A stretch of DNA of 64,000 nt, taken from the IMG/VR virus record IMGVR_UViG_3300035689_000007, positions 14,635-78,634 of that record; one strand, written 5' to 3'. Below, piece after piece: positions 64,000 to 64,000 of the stretch (positions within the stretch are counted from its first letter, which is position 1; every line of letters starts with the position of its first letter). Below the pieces are notes generated by a model. That model was not told the DNA's origin and ran no database searches. It saw only the letters and a program-made list of their open reading frames with translations. The DNA comes from a virus. A program made the translations under genes and the position numbers.

Positions 64000-64000
64000 T

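Noticed and set aside
1-64000. Stop-codon reassignment
   Set aside because: Genes are full length and densely packed under the standard code; TAA, TGA and TAG all occur as stops
1-64000. Host assignment
   Set aside because: Frequent AGGAG Shine-Dalgarno sites argue against Bacteroidota, but nothing in the window identifies the host positively

Overview
AT-rich segment of a large tailed dsDNA bacteriophage genome with two convergent arms that meet at a terminator hairpin (~18.19-18.22 kb). The + arm (1-18.2 kb) carries replication and recombination genes: primase C-terminus, dNMP kinase, Cas4/RecB-like nuclease, SSB, a putative ssDNA-annealing protein, and a DnaE polymerase split without an intein into two genes separated by a DnaQ exonuclease, a glycosyltransferase and an HNH gene. 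It also holds a large glycosyltransferase cluster in which several members look catalytically degenerate. The - arm (18.2-64 kb) is a siphovirus-type morphogenesis block: tail fibre (runs off the window), fibre chaperone, head-tail joining proteins, tail tube, probable chaperones, a 2565-aa tape measure protein (TMP), a 3996-aa adhesin-like protein and large tail-tip proteins. No tRNA, rRNA, CRISPR, integrase or reverse transcriptase was seen. Most notable: (1) the TMP holds a cassette of putative enzyme cargo domains (a PD-(D/E)xK nuclease-like domain and an apparently circularly permuted HAD phosphatase) bracketed by repeated F-x-x-G-G / lambda gpH-like modules; (2) the intein-less split DnaE; (3) an integrin-alpha-like 7-blade FG-GAP propeller with a MIDAS-like insertion between blades 2 and 3; (4) a mini-uORF plus 16-bp hairpin over the start of the gene after the tail tube; (5) a TTTGTGTATAA-N5-palindrome late-promoter motif; (6) strong CCWGG avoidance; (7) a candidate virion-glycosylation system (GT cluster plus Ser-Gly-rich virion proteins). 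All calls are by-eye motif recognition; no searches were run.
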